Source: an uncultured Alphaproteobacteria bacterium
GTDB lineage: Bacteria; Pseudomonadota; Alphaproteobacteria; Paracaedibacterales; CAITNM01
Direction of reading: 5' to 3'
Assembly: GCA_903874955.1 (NCBI GenBank)
Contig: CAIQTY010000028.1
Coordinates: forward strand, 4,540-68,539
Length of the DNA stretch: 64,000 nucleotides
The notes under the pieces are model-generated. The model was not told the origin of the DNA. It searched no databases and saw only the letters and a program-made list of their open reading frames with translations. How positions within the stretch are numbered: the stretch's first letter is position 1; each line of letters opens with the position of its first letter. Shown one piece after another: positions 30,963 through 40,747 of the stretch. Made by a program: the position numbers and the translations under genes.

Positions 30963-32212
30963 TGAATGTACAAAATTCCGTAGTAAGTATCGTCAAAAAA
31001 ATCATTATGGCACTATGCCTTTGTGTAACTGTAGGATACTTTTTTGTAACAAGCGTACACCGGAAAACCCTCCTGGTTTTGCATAGTTATGGTCAAGATT
31101 ACGCCTGGGTAAGAGATGTAAACATTGGGATAAAACGTGCTATTGGAAAGAGCAATTATAATATTCTATGGCACTACATGGATACGAAAAATCATCCGGA
31201 AGAAGATTTCAAAAAAAAGTCTGGTATTATTGCAAGACGCGTTGTTGATTACGTAAAACCTGATGTGGTCTTAGCAATTGATGATGATGCACAAAATTAT
31301 GTAGCGAAGCATTACGTTAATAATGAGAAAATTAAAATTGTTTTTGCCGGAGTCAACGCAAAAGCAAGTCAGTATGGTTATGATAAAGCTAAAAATGTAA
31401 CAGGAATTCTCGAGAGGGTTCCCTATGAAGGAATAAAAGCAGCTATTCAAACGCAGGCAGATTTGCTTGGTTTAAAACCGCCTTATAAAGTCATTCATAT
31501 TTCAGATCAATCTATCATTGTGAAATATGACGACATTAACTTGCATGAATACAAAAATTGGCACCCTATAAATCTTGTTCCATCTCAACTCGCTGGTACC
31601 TTTGATGAATGGAAGAAAGCTATATTAGAAAGCAAAAAACATGCAGACTTTATTTTAGTATCCAACTACAGGAAAGTATACAAAGATGCTAAAAGCAAAG
31701 AAATCGTTCCTTTTAAGGAAGTTATTCAATGGACATTTAAAAATGCTCCCATACCTCTTATTGGTATTAATGGTTTTGTATGCGAAGAAGGTGCATCTGT
31801 ATCAATTGCCACATCACCTTTTGAGCAAGGGGAAACAGGAGCAAAAATGGCTCTTGCAATTTTAGAAGAAAAAGTAGAGCCATCAGATATTCCTATACAA
31901 ACTAGCACGTATCCAATGGTATTTATGAGCGAAGAACGCCTACCTTTGTCAGGTTTGAAATTTCCTCAAATTTATGAAGCATTTGCCCGTGCTACAGATA
32001 AATTTTTTGGAAAAGTTCAAGAACTTAGTAAACCTAAATCTGATAATAAAGAACAGCCAATCCAACAACCAGTTAATAATTCGCAAGCGGTTAAACAACC
32101 TATCACACCTACTCAAGTTGCTAATCCCCAACAAATTGCTAATACAGCAACAGTCTCTAAACCTTATCCGCCAGTAAACAATATACAACCAGACAGGCCA
32201 GCCAAGCTTTGA
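30959..32212 (+). CDS. membrane-anchored periplasmic substrate-binding/sensor-like domain protein (ABC_sub_bind-like) with a Gln/Pro-rich tail
   Basis: 417 aa. It has one N-terminal TM. The segments LLVLHSYGQDYAWVRD...DVVLAIDDDAQNYV...IVFAGVNA...KNVTGILE resemble the periplasmic domain found at the N-terminus of many sensor kinases. The tail is QQPVNNSQAVKQPITPTQVANPQQ. There is an ATGA overlap with the upstream permease. Confidence 0.45.
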   Translation: MMNVQNSVVSIVKKIIMALCLCVTVGYFFVTSVHRKTLLVLHSYGQDYAWVRDVNIGIKRAIGKSNYNILWHYMDTKNHPEEDFKKKSGIIARRVVDYVKPDVVLAIDDDAQNYVAKHYVNNEKIKIVFAGVNAKASQYGYDKAKNVTGILERVPYEGIKAAIQTQADLLGLKPPYKVIHISDQSIIVKYDDINLHEYKNWHPINLVPSQLAGTFDEWKKAILESKKHADFILVSNYRKVYKDAKSKEIVPFKEVIQWTFKNAPIPLIGINGFVCEEGASVSIATSPFEQGETGAKMALAILEEKVEPSDIPIQTSTYPMVFMSEERLPLSGLKFPQIYEAFARATDKFFGKVQELSKPKSDNKEQPIQQPVNNSQAVKQPITPTQVANPQQIANTATVSKPYPPVNNIQPDRPAKL

Positions 32213-32340
32213 AGCCTCACAATTAAGCAATAAATTGAGCCTCAACTTTTAAGTATGATGAATACAACCTGTAAACTGCCGATATAGCCCCCAACCTCTA
32301 TATTTGCTAGAATAGCATCGTCAATGCTTGTTCGGTAGAT

Positions 32341-34197
32341 ATGCGCTATTTTAAATTTTTTCTTTTCATAGCGTTTAGCACCACTTGCTTAAGGGCAGAA
32401 GTATTAGTTGCCGATTCTTCATCACATTCTCAAAGCGGAATAGAATACCAGGTAGAATGGCCAGAAGTACTTAGCGATGAAATAAGAAAACGCATTGAAA
32501 GTATTTCTATGCTGCTAGAGCATAAGACCCGCCTGCCCGGATCATTTGGTGGTCTTGCAAAGCGTATTGAAAAAGATAAAGAATTGCTTATAAAAACCCT
32601 TCATTCTTTTGGATATTACGGATGCACTGTCAGTGTTGATGTTGAGCAAATTGAATCGCCTGTATTGATTAAATTTAGGGTCGAACTCGGACCAATTTAT
32701 ATAATAGAGGATATAAGGTTAGAAAGTTCTGGTAGCGTTCTCATTGCTTCTCTTCCAGGAGAAATTAGTGAGCTTATTGGGTTGAATAAGGGAGAACCTC
32801 TCATTGCTGAAAAAGCCCAGCAATGCCTTGTTGTATTGAAAAAATTTTTCCTACAGACAGGATATCCGTTCGTTGAAATTAATGAACCTGAAGGGGTGAT
32901 TAATCATCTAAAACACACAGTGGTTTTATATTTTCCTGTTAACCTTGGAGGTAAAGCGATTATTAGTAAATCTGAGGTTGTACCCACGGAAAATTTGAAT
33001 CCAGATTTTATAAGAAATCGTCTTTTTTGGAAAAATGGAGACGTATTCGATAGCCGGATTGTTGAGAGAACCAGAAGACTATTAACTCAGTCTGGCTTAT
33101 TTGAGAACGTTGTTGTCACCCCAAAACCTATTACTGAAACAGAAACTGAAAATAACAAAGAACAACCTATTGTTATGCAAGTAAAAACAACTGAGGCGCC
33201 TCCGCGATCAGTTTCAGCTGGTTTGCACTACGCAACCTCGCAAGGAGGTGAAGCCCGCTTCGCTTGGAATCATTACAATTTGTTGGGTAATGGTGAACAT
33301 TTAGGAGCATCTTTGAGAGTTTCACAAGTCAGAAGTAAAGCACGAATATTTTATGATATTCCTGATCTTGGTGCTCCTAAGCAAACGCTGAAAAATGATT
33401 TGTATGTCATGAGAGAAAACACTCGTGCTTATGCAGGTAAAACTTTTGCAGCTACAACAAAAATTGAACGTCAACTAGATGAAATGCTAAAAGCATCAAT
33501 CGGACTGAGCGCAGAGGAAGGCCATATCAGGCAAAAGACAACGAATAAAAGAAAACCTATCAGTCTTATTGGTGTACCTATTGAATTAGCGCTTGATGGA
33601 TCAAATGATTTATTAAACCCGACAAGAGGCTTTCGCATCGGGGGTCACATCACCCCTTACATGGGGTATTTAGCATCCAGCAAAGGGATGATTATTGGGC
33701 AAGGTACTGCTAGCTTGTATCTGCCTTTTCAAACCAATACGCTTGATGAAGATATGGGGACCCTAGCGTCATTCATTAAATTTGGCACCATAAGGATACG
33801 TAATTTTAGCGATCTGCCTCCTAACAAACGTTTTTATGGAGGCGGTAATGGTTCAATTCGTGCCTACGGATACCAACTTATCAGCCCCGTTGACGAAAAT
33901 CGAACCCCCTTAGGAGGGGAGTCACTCCTTGAATTTGGCACCGAACTTCGTTATCGTTTCACCGAAAAAATGGGGGGCGTTATATTTGTAGAAGCTGGCA
34001 CAGTTACGCAGCGAAAACTTCCCACGTTTAAAACGAAATTACTGTGGGGAACAGGATTCGGCATAAGGTATTACACAGATTACGCGCCTGTGAGACTAGA
34101 TATTGCTTTTCCGCTTCAACGTCGTAAAATTCCAGGAGCAAAAAGACCTTATGATGCCCCCTATCAATTTTACGTAAGCGTAGGGCAAGCATTTTGA
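32341..34197 (+). CDS. tamA: Omp85-family outer membrane protein, TamA-like (translocation and assembly module)
   Basis: 618 aa. Signal peptide, POTRA-like N-terminal repeats, and a C-terminal surface-antigen barrel (RFYGGGNGSIRAYGY) ending in Phe. It is followed by, and overlaps, a TamB-like gene. Confidence 0.8.
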   Translation: MRYFKFFLFIAFSTTCLRAEVLVADSSSHSQSGIEYQVEWPEVLSDEIRKRIESISMLLEHKTRLPGSFGGLAKRIEKDKELLIKTLHSFGYYGCTVSVDVEQIESPVLIKFRVELGPIYIIEDIRLESSGSVLIASLPGEISELIGLNKGEPLIAEKAQQCLVVLKKFFLQTGYPFVEINEPEGVINHLKHTVVLYFPVNLGGKAIISKSEVVPTENLNPDFIRNRLFWKNGDVFDSRIVERTRRLLTQSGLFENVVVTPKPITETETENNKEQPIVMQVKTTEAPPRSVSAGLHYATSQGGEARFAWNHYNLLGNGEHLGASLRVSQVRSKARIFYDIPDLGAPKQTLKNDLYVMRENTRAYAGKTFAATTKIERQLDEMLKASIGLSAEEGHIRQKTTNKRKPISLIGVPIELALDGSNDLLNPTRGFRIGGHITPYMGYLASSKGMIIGQGTASLYLPFQTNTLDEDMGTLASFIKFGTIRIRNFSDLPPNKRFYGGGNGSIRAYGYQLISPVDENRTPLGGESLLEFGTELRYRFTEKMGGVIFVEAGTVTQRKLPTFKTKLLWGTGFGIRYYTDYAPVRLDIAFPLQRRKIPGAKRPYDAPYQFYVSVGQAF

Positions 34198-37100
34198 TGA
34201 AGATTTTATTCTTTAAAAAATTGTTTATAAGCCTCACCTTACTTTTTATTGGATACCAGGTGCTGCATCTCGAGGTTTCAGAAAAATTCATCATTAAAAC
34301 ACTTATTAAGGCATTTACACCCTATAAAGCAGAGTTTATCGAAATTAATGGATCTATAGGGTCTTATTTTAAGGGGAATGTTACCTGTATTCATCTGGTT
34401 AAAAATGGTGAACAAATAGCAAACATTGAAAATGTGTCGTGGGATATTCCAAGTTTATCATTCAGGGATATCACACTTAAAATTCATCGCTGCGCTGTTG
34501 CGACTTCTAAAACACCCATTAATTTTGATTTCTCTAATCTGACACCAAGCGTCATTGGTTATGTTGTCCAAAAAATCCCCAAAAGTTTGAAACGATTCAA
34601 CGCTATAGAAATAGAAGCTTTTGAAATTCAAGAGAAGAAATTAAAAGTGGAGCTGAGACGAGAAACAAAGAATTGGGTTGGAATAATCGGTAATAATAAA
34701 GATACACTCAATTTTAGCCTCAGCTCACTCGATGACCATTCAAAAATCACTGTTGATGCTTTATGGGAAGGAAAAAAAATATCGCTTAACACTGAAATTC
34801 ATGAGACATCTGTTCATTTTAATGGCAATTTAATCACAAGCTCTTTTATCAGCGAATCGGCTGCTGAATTTTTAGGGCAAAAACTCAACTTTTCAGGATA
34901 CTTGGAAAATTCTGGCCAGTGGCAGCTTTCAGAATTTAAGGCCACAACACCAAATGGCCACAAACTACAAGGCACATGTGAGCAGGATGGAGAGGATCTA
35001 AAAGGATCATTTATTTATGATATTCCTTTGCCTGGCATTCATAAAGTCGCCAAATGCGCCATTACTCTTGGTGGTTCTATTTCAGCACCTGCAATCAAAT
35101 GGCATTTCCAAGAAGGTATAGAACCTCTTGAGACTGCTTTTGGTGAATGCAACGTTATAGATTTCAACCACCTTAAAGTCACAGGACAGTTGCATCATGA
35201 TCCTAAAAACACAGCAAATCTTAACCTTGATATTTATTTAAATCCCTTTTCTATAAGCGGTAGTAGTTTTGTAGCAGTTCAAGACTTACAAAAGTTTCTC
35301 CATGCTTTTTGGCCAACGGCACAAGGAAATTTAGATTTCAAAGCAACGCTCAAAAATGTTACAGGCTTTGAAAATGGTACTATTTCTGTAAAAGGTGATG
35401 GGCAAGTAAATGATGCCGATTTTCATCTCCCAATCAATATTGATCTGGATATAAAGGATGGCAATGGAAAAGGATTCCTTAAACTCACTAAAGGATTTTA
35501 CAAAGAGCATCCTCTTGATGCTGATATCACTTTTAATACCACTTCGAAGGAACTTCATATACAAAAGCTTAAGCTTCAGCTGCAAGATCTGCGCCTTGCG
35601 ATATTAAAATCGACCACATACAATTTTGAAAAAGGGCTAACGCCAACCACAATAGAATTTTGTGGAGGTACGCTCGAAATTAGAAAATTAAAACTAGCTA
35701 ATAAGCCTGCAGAAACAACCTGGGCCATTGACCTTCATAATATAAAACTAAAAGGACTAAAAATTATTTTTGGCGAGGAAGACGTCACAGGTATTTTAAG
35801 CGGTAAAATCGTAAAGGTTGAACAAAAACCAATCTCCCTTAGTTTAAATTTAAAGAATGCGTTATGGCAACGCCGCCACAACAAACAGTTTCAAAAAATT
35901 CTGGAAAATTTAAATGCATCTTTAAATGCAGAGCTTGAAAATTCAGTTTGGAAATGGGATTTTAAAATTAAAGATCAAAGAAAAATCAATCTTGAAAGCA
36001 AGGGACAAGCGAATTTAGGAGATTCAACCATTGATACGCACTTAAAAGGCAGTGTCCAACTAAAATTTCTGAATGATTGGCTAGCGACAGACGATCGGAT
36101 TTTTGGAACGATTTCTATTAATCTTCGAGCAAAAGGATCCATTTCCAGTCCTGTCCTTGAAGGTGCTGTTGACGCAGATAATGGCATTTACGAAAATAGC
36201 GAGGTCGGAACATTTTATCAAAACATCACGATAAGAACTAAAACCCAAGGAAAAAGGCTGATCGTAACGAAATTTGACGCCCAAGATGTAACTGAAAGTA
36301 GTAATCCAGAAACAGGCCAACTTAGTGGTGGAGGTTGGATTGATTTCACCGACCCCCTGTCACCAGTATTTAATGTTCCAATGCACCTTTTTCACTTACG
36401 CATTGCCCAGCATGATGGCTTTATCAGCGATGCTAGCGGCACCCTTACGATCACAGGCAAAGGTTCAAATGTAGGATGTAAGGGAGAAGTAACCCTTGAA
36501 AAGGTCAGTTATTTTTTAGACGCATCACCAGATACAAAAGTTCCAAAAGTAATCGATAGGTCACAAAAAAAAGATCAAGACAAGCAAACCAAAACTTATG
36601 CGACAGCTTTCCCTCTGGATATTTTAGTCCACACGCCGCCTGGCTCATTTAAAGTATTAGGACTTGGGACAGACAGCTCATGGCATGGAGATTTTTATGT
36701 CAAAAAATCTATAGTTAATCCTTTTTTGGTAGGGACGGTAACATTACATGAAGGAACATTAGATGTTTTGGGTAAAGTCCTTAATATTACCCGCGGCACA
36801 ATAACTTTTGTCGATGATGACCGCAACAACCCAAGACTAGATATCAGAGCCATTAAAAATTTAGGAGATGGTGTTACGGTTGCAATTGAAATTAAAGGCA
36901 CCGGAGAAAAAACAATTGTTGATTTCACCTCAACGCCGTCAATGCCTAAAGAGGAAGTTTTAGCTCTGCTTTTGTTTGGTAAAAAACTTGGAGAAGTTTC
37001 AGTTTTGCAAAGTGTGCAACTGGCTGAAATTGCAAAGTCAGATGATAGCGGCAGTGGATTTTTTGAAAAATTCCGCAGTAATTTTGGCTTTGACCAATTC

Positions 37101-37364
37101 GAATTTAAAACAACAACACGAGGCGGCGTATCAGCAACTGATGAAGACGCAACACCCCAAGAAAGAGCTGCAGCAAAAACAAGCCAAGCAGTGCGTATCG
37201 GCAAAGAATTTGGCAAAGTAAGAGTAGCCATTGAACAAGGGGCTGGAAGCGAAACAAGTAAAGTAGTTGTTTCGACCCCACTCGGAAATAATTTTGCCCT
37301 TGAAGGCGATGTAACCGGAGACCAAAACTCTGGTGTTGGTGTTAATTGGGTTAAACGTTACTAA
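34194..37364 (+). CDS. tamB: translocation and assembly module protein TamB (DUF490 family)
   Basis: 1056 aa. N-terminal TM anchor, a long beta-rich body, and a conserved C-terminal region (PRLDIRA...EEVLALLLFGK...GVGVNWVKRY). There is a 4-nt overlap with tamA. Confidence 0.8.
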   Translation: MMKILFFKKLFISLTLLFIGYQVLHLEVSEKFIIKTLIKAFTPYKAEFIEINGSIGSYFKGNVTCIHLVKNGEQIANIENVSWDIPSLSFRDITLKIHRCAVATSKTPINFDFSNLTPSVIGYVVQKIPKSLKRFNAIEIEAFEIQEKKLKVELRRETKNWVGIIGNNKDTLNFSLSSLDDHSKITVDALWEGKKISLNTEIHETSVHFNGNLITSSFISESAAEFLGQKLNFSGYLENSGQWQLSEFKATTPNGHKLQGTCEQDGEDLKGSFIYDIPLPGIHKVAKCAITLGGSISAPAIKWHFQEGIEPLETAFGECNVIDFNHLKVTGQLHHDPKNTANLNLDIYLNPFSISGSSFVAVQDLQKFLHAFWPTAQGNLDFKATLKNVTGFENGTISVKGDGQVNDADFHLPINIDLDIKDGNGKGFLKLTKGFYKEHPLDADITFNTTSKELHIQKLKLQLQDLRLAILKSTTYNFEKGLTPTTIEFCGGTLEIRKLKLANKPAETTWAIDLHNIKLKGLKIIFGEEDVTGILSGKIVKVEQKPISLSLNLKNALWQRRHNKQFQKILENLNASLNAELENSVWKWDFKIKDQRKINLESKGQANLGDSTIDTHLKGSVQLKFLNDWLATDDRIFGTISINLRAKGSISSPVLEGAVDADNGIYENSEVGTFYQNITIRTKTQGKRLIVTKFDAQDVTESSNPETGQLSGGGWIDFTDPLSPVFNVPMHLFHLRIAQHDGFISDASGTLTITGKGSNVGCKGEVTLEKVSYFLDASPDTKVPKVIDRSQKKDQDKQTKTYATAFPLDILVHTPPGSFKVLGLGTDSSWHGDFYVKKSIVNPFLVGTVTLHEGTLDVLGKVLNITRGTITFVDDDRNNPRLDIRAIKNLGDGVTVAIEIKGTGEKTIVDFTSTPSMPKEEVLALLLFGKKLGEVSVLQSVQLAEIAKSDDSGSGFFEKFRSNFGFDQFEFKTTTRGGVSATDEDATPQERAAAKTSQAVRIGKEFGKVRVAIEQGAGSETSKVVVSTPLGNNFALEGDVTGDQNSGVGVNWVKRY

Positions 37365-37395
37365 GTCTTAAAAGTATCAGATATACAATATTTAG

Positions 37396-38799
37396 TTAGC
37401 CAATAGACTCACCAACTAGATGTGCCATGTTCTTAGACATTTCATATGAATTTTTTAAAGTAGCTGATGCGGCTTCTTGTAAAATCATTAAACGTTGGGA
37501 TTCTGAAGCACTTTCAGCAAAATCTGAATCTTGAAAAGTTGATAAGCTCTCCAACAGATTTATAGATTCAGTATCCATAGCTTCTGCAATGCTTTCAAAT
37601 TTTATGCTATATGAGGATACTCTAACTGTTTCATTTATAATTTTATTTAACGCTATTTCTACAGCACCTATAGCTAATCTAGCACTTGCCTGAGTTAATA
37701 AATTTGGCACAGCCCCCCCCAAAAGCGCACTAGATCGCATATCATTAAAAATAACTGTAGTGATTGTACTTTGGTCACTAGAAACTAATTGAGGAGAAAA
37801 ACCAGCATAAGATGCATTATTTCCACTGACATTTATGGAACCATAAGAACTTAGGGTTATATTACCATAGTAATTCTGGTCACCTATAGGTCCTGCAATA
37901 TTAGCAGAATGAAGATTAAAATATGAAATCCCAAGCATGCCTCCATCACTTGCAACAATCTGAAGTGTATTGTTGATATTAGATGCAGTTAACAATGTGC
38001 CTTCAAAAGCTTGATTAATAGCTTTAACAGCTATATTTACTGCTTGATCAACAGTTTCAGTTCCATGGAAAGGGCCAAGGTTCACATTAGTTGTGCTGCC
38101 TTGGTATGTAATAGCAATTGATCCTGTCAACGTTGCGTAGGGTTGAATAAATGTTTGGCTAGAAGGCGCACTAGCAGTTGTTAATGCGGTTGCTGTAACA
38201 CCACCTGTTTCAGCTGAAATTGTATTAATTGCCGAAACGATATCGGTAATACTTCCCGATGCAACACCAGGAACAGAAAATCCATTAATAGTCAGATCAC
38301 CCAAGGCAAGCGGTGTAGGATTTGATACTGCCGTTCCAACGACCTCAGCGGCCGAAAAAGTTTCTGAGGTGCTTTGGCAATTGGCGAAAAAAGTTCCATC
38401 GAATAAGGTCTTAGATCCCCATTTTGTGCGGGCATTAGCATCTGCTTGACTTATATATTGTTGAAATTGTTGATTCATAATTTGACGATCATTACTATTA
38501 GCAGTGTCGTTACTGGCCATAACTGCCATGTCTTTCATTTTTTTATAGATTTCTCCATTTGCCCGCAAAACACCCCAAGCAAGCTCAACAGTATCACTTA
38601 CTTGTTTAGCGATGTTCCCCAAACTTTTTGCCGTTGAAATACTGATGTCCATATCCCTTGAAATAGTTGATATAGTTGGATCACTAGCAGGATTAGGATT
38701 TTTAAGTCCAGTCAAAAGTTGATTTTGAGCAGTATTAAATGCATTTGCCGAACGTGCCATTAACCTGGTAATTGTATCCGCGTTGGAATTTATTTTCAT
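37396..38799 (-). CDS. flagellin (divergent, with a large central variable domain)
   Basis: 467 aa. The N-terminal D0/D1-like helices (INSNADTITRLMA...NDRQIMNQQFQQYISQ...LFDG) and C-terminal helices (RLAIGAVEIALNKIINETVRVSSY...ESQRLMILQEAASATL) are as in alphaproteobacterial flagellins. The central region of about 250 aa is Thr/Ser/Gly-rich. SD aggga lies upstream. Confidence 0.75.
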   Translation of the reverse strand: MKINSNADTITRLMARSANAFNTAQNQLLTGLKNPNPASDPTISTISRDMDISISTAKSLGNIAKQVSDTVELAWGVLRANGEIYKKMKDMAVMASNDTANSNDRQIMNQQFQQYISQADANARTKWGSKTLFDGTFFANCQSTSETFSAAEVVGTAVSNPTPLALGDLTINGFSVPGVASGSITDIVSAINTISAETGGVTATALTTASAPSSQTFIQPYATLTGSIAITYQGSTTNVNLGPFHGTETVDQAVNIAVKAINQAFEGTLLTASNINNTLQIVASDGGMLGISYFNLHSANIAGPIGDQNYYGNITLSSYGSINVSGNNASYAGFSPQLVSSDQSTITTVIFNDMRSSALLGGAVPNLLTQASARLAIGAVEIALNKIINETVRVSSYSIKFESIAEAMDTESINLLESLSTFQDSDFAESASESQRLMILQEAASATLKNSYEMSKNMAHLVGESIG

Positions 38800-38848
38800 A
38801 TTTAATCCCTAAATAAAGAACGAACATATTCTTCCATACCTCAACCTA

Positions 38849-38864
38849 TGCAAATTTTGTGCCG
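38849..38864 (-). promoter_or_regulatory. sigma-54 (-24/-12) promoter candidate for the flagellin gene
   Basis: The minus strand reads cGGCAC-aaaat-TTGCA against the consensus TGGCAC-N5-TTGCA. The -12 element ends 50 nt upstream of the flagellin ATG. Confidence 0.5.
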
Positions 38865-39007
38865 ATTGAATAACCATTTCCATCTATTGAATAATTATTA
38901 AAATTATTTGTATTTCCCCATAATAAACCTTAAAATTATAAATAATCATTATTAATAGTCAGATTGCTACAACTTAAAATATTTTCAGTCATTTTAAGGA
39001 GACAAAC

Positions 39008-40183
39008 ATGCTACGCACTATTTTATGCTTATTAACACTTAATATCTTTATAAATACTGGATTTTCATCATCTTCATCAAATATTTCAAAAGATTCTGAC
39101 GACATGTGCGCTGAATCTAGCTCATCTCAAACAAAAGCCTACGATGATTATTATGTCATAAAAGAACCTGAAGAATTTAAAAAAATGGCTTTGCACGGAG
39201 ATATAAATAATTCAAGCATCCAGCAGCACAATTATAACATTACCTTGGTACAATTTCGTGCAATTGAGAAAAAAGTTATCGGTACAAGAACAGCAAATGG
39301 CCAAGCAATGCTTACTGTCGCATTAGCGCATCGCTATGGCATACCCTCCATTGGCATCGATAAAAATGTGACCGCAGCATGTCGACTTTTCAAAAAAATT
39401 TTAGATGAAAAAAAGCAAAACACAAGCGTTTACTACCACATTGTGGCCCTAATTGCAGACAACGAAGTCAATAAAGATTATGAATGGATGGAGACACCAC
39501 TTAGACTAGCCTACATGGCAGCACAAGCAGGCAGTGCGCCTTTTTTAACGCTGATGCTTAAAATAGACCGGCAAAAACAAAATGCGATATTAAGTGAGTA
39601 TGAATATAGAACAGCATTAAAAAGAATTATTGATAGTGCATATCCAAACGCACGTGCATATATTGAACTTGCAAAACTAACTCGAGGGTTTGCACAAGAG
39701 ACCATTAGAGATTATTATTTAAATGCCCTGCAGCTTGAACCTGATAATTTTGAAGCAAATTATAATCTGGGCATCCTACTTAACAACGCGAGTCAAAATA
39801 ATGTTAGCTTTACGCAACAAACAAATTTTAGCGCTCAAGAGTGTTTTGAAAATACGTATGCTCTAGATAAACACCGCGCAGGAAATTACTACGGCAGAGC
39901 GCTTTATCTGAATGCAGCAACATCAGCACAATTTGAGATTGCCCTAAGAATCCTTGAGCAAAGCACATTATACGACCCGAACGCATATTTAAGTATTGCT
40001 GATTATTATGCCTATCACCACGCTGAAAAACCCGCAGATTTTGAAAAATCTTTTCACGCCATCATAAGCTACATGCAGGTTCAAAGGATTAATTCCCAAA
40101 ATATTAATCAAGTTATCAACGTCGTAATACAATCTATGAAAAGTTTAGCAAACGCCTCAGCTCAAATGAATGTAGAGAAATAA
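39008..40183 (+). CDS. secreted Sel1/TPR-like repeat protein (putative)
   Basis: 391 aa. It has a signal peptide and a Ser-rich start. It carries repeated alpha-helical modules of about 36 aa with Ala/Tyr/Leu/Asn periodicity (NFEANYNLGILL..., AGNYYGRALYL..., AYLSIADYYAYH...). The repeat call is by eye only. Confidence 0.45.
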   Translation: MLRTILCLLTLNIFINTGFSSSSSNISKDSDDMCAESSSSQTKAYDDYYVIKEPEEFKKMALHGDINNSSIQQHNYNITLVQFRAIEKKVIGTRTANGQAMLTVALAHRYGIPSIGIDKNVTAACRLFKKILDEKKQNTSVYYHIVALIADNEVNKDYEWMETPLRLAYMAAQAGSAPFLTLMLKIDRQKQNAILSEYEYRTALKRIIDSAYPNARAYIELAKLTRGFAQETIRDYYLNALQLEPDNFEANYNLGILLNNASQNNVSFTQQTNFSAQECFENTYALDKHRAGNYYGRALYLNAATSAQFEIALRILEQSTLYDPNAYLSIADYYAYHHAEKPADFEKSFHAIISYMQVQRINSQNINQVINVVIQSMKSLANASAQMNVEK

Positions 40184-40209
40184 GTGGTCTGAAAAACCAG
40201 TTTAACCCC

Positions 40210-40674
40210 TCAAGCACTCATTTCGCTGATGTGCTCATGAATATGGGTAGGTTTAACCTTGGTTGGCCAGGGATCATGCAAATCACTAAGATAAACCTCA
40301 AGTTTATCGACCTTTAGGCGAATTTCATGGCCATTTGAAAAAACCAAATGAATCCAAGTATCCGGGGCTTCTTCTTGAACATGAATATTAAGTAAATTTA
40401 AAATTCGCTCAGGACCATGTTGTTCAAATCCTTTTCGCTGAACGCTTTGCACATGACGAAAAAGCAGCCCCACATGTGAGCGATAATAAATATTCTTATC
40501 AGCAATTTTATCTTCATGGTTCCAGCAAAAACGATTAATTAATAAAGTAAAAGTCATGTGCTCATGCACCATACCAATCAAGGGACAAAGCCCATCGCGC
40601 AATTGCTCTGCCATATGGTTTAAGTCATGGGCATCGAGTGCACGCATTTTAATCATTTTATGAGTGGGAATCAT
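40210..40674 (-). CDS. DUF2948-family protein (conserved alphaproteobacterial protein)
   Basis: 154 aa. The pattern RALDAHDL..., LLINRFCWN, ILNLLNIHV, LVFSNGHEIRLKVDKLEVYLSDLHDPWPTKVKPTH matches my recollection of the DUF2948 consensus. Confidence 0.65.
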   Translation of the reverse strand: MIPTHKMIKMRALDAHDLNHMAEQLRDGLCPLIGMVHEHMTFTLLINRFCWNHEDKIADKNIYYRSHVGLLFRHVQSVQRKGFEQHGPERILNLLNIHVQEEAPDTWIHLVFSNGHEIRLKVDKLEVYLSDLHDPWPTKVKPTHIHEHISEMSA

Positions 40675-40747
40675 GAGTGCTTTTTCCTTGGATTTTTAGG
40701 CAACCTCTTTTATTATAACAACGAAATTAATTTAAAATATACAATCT

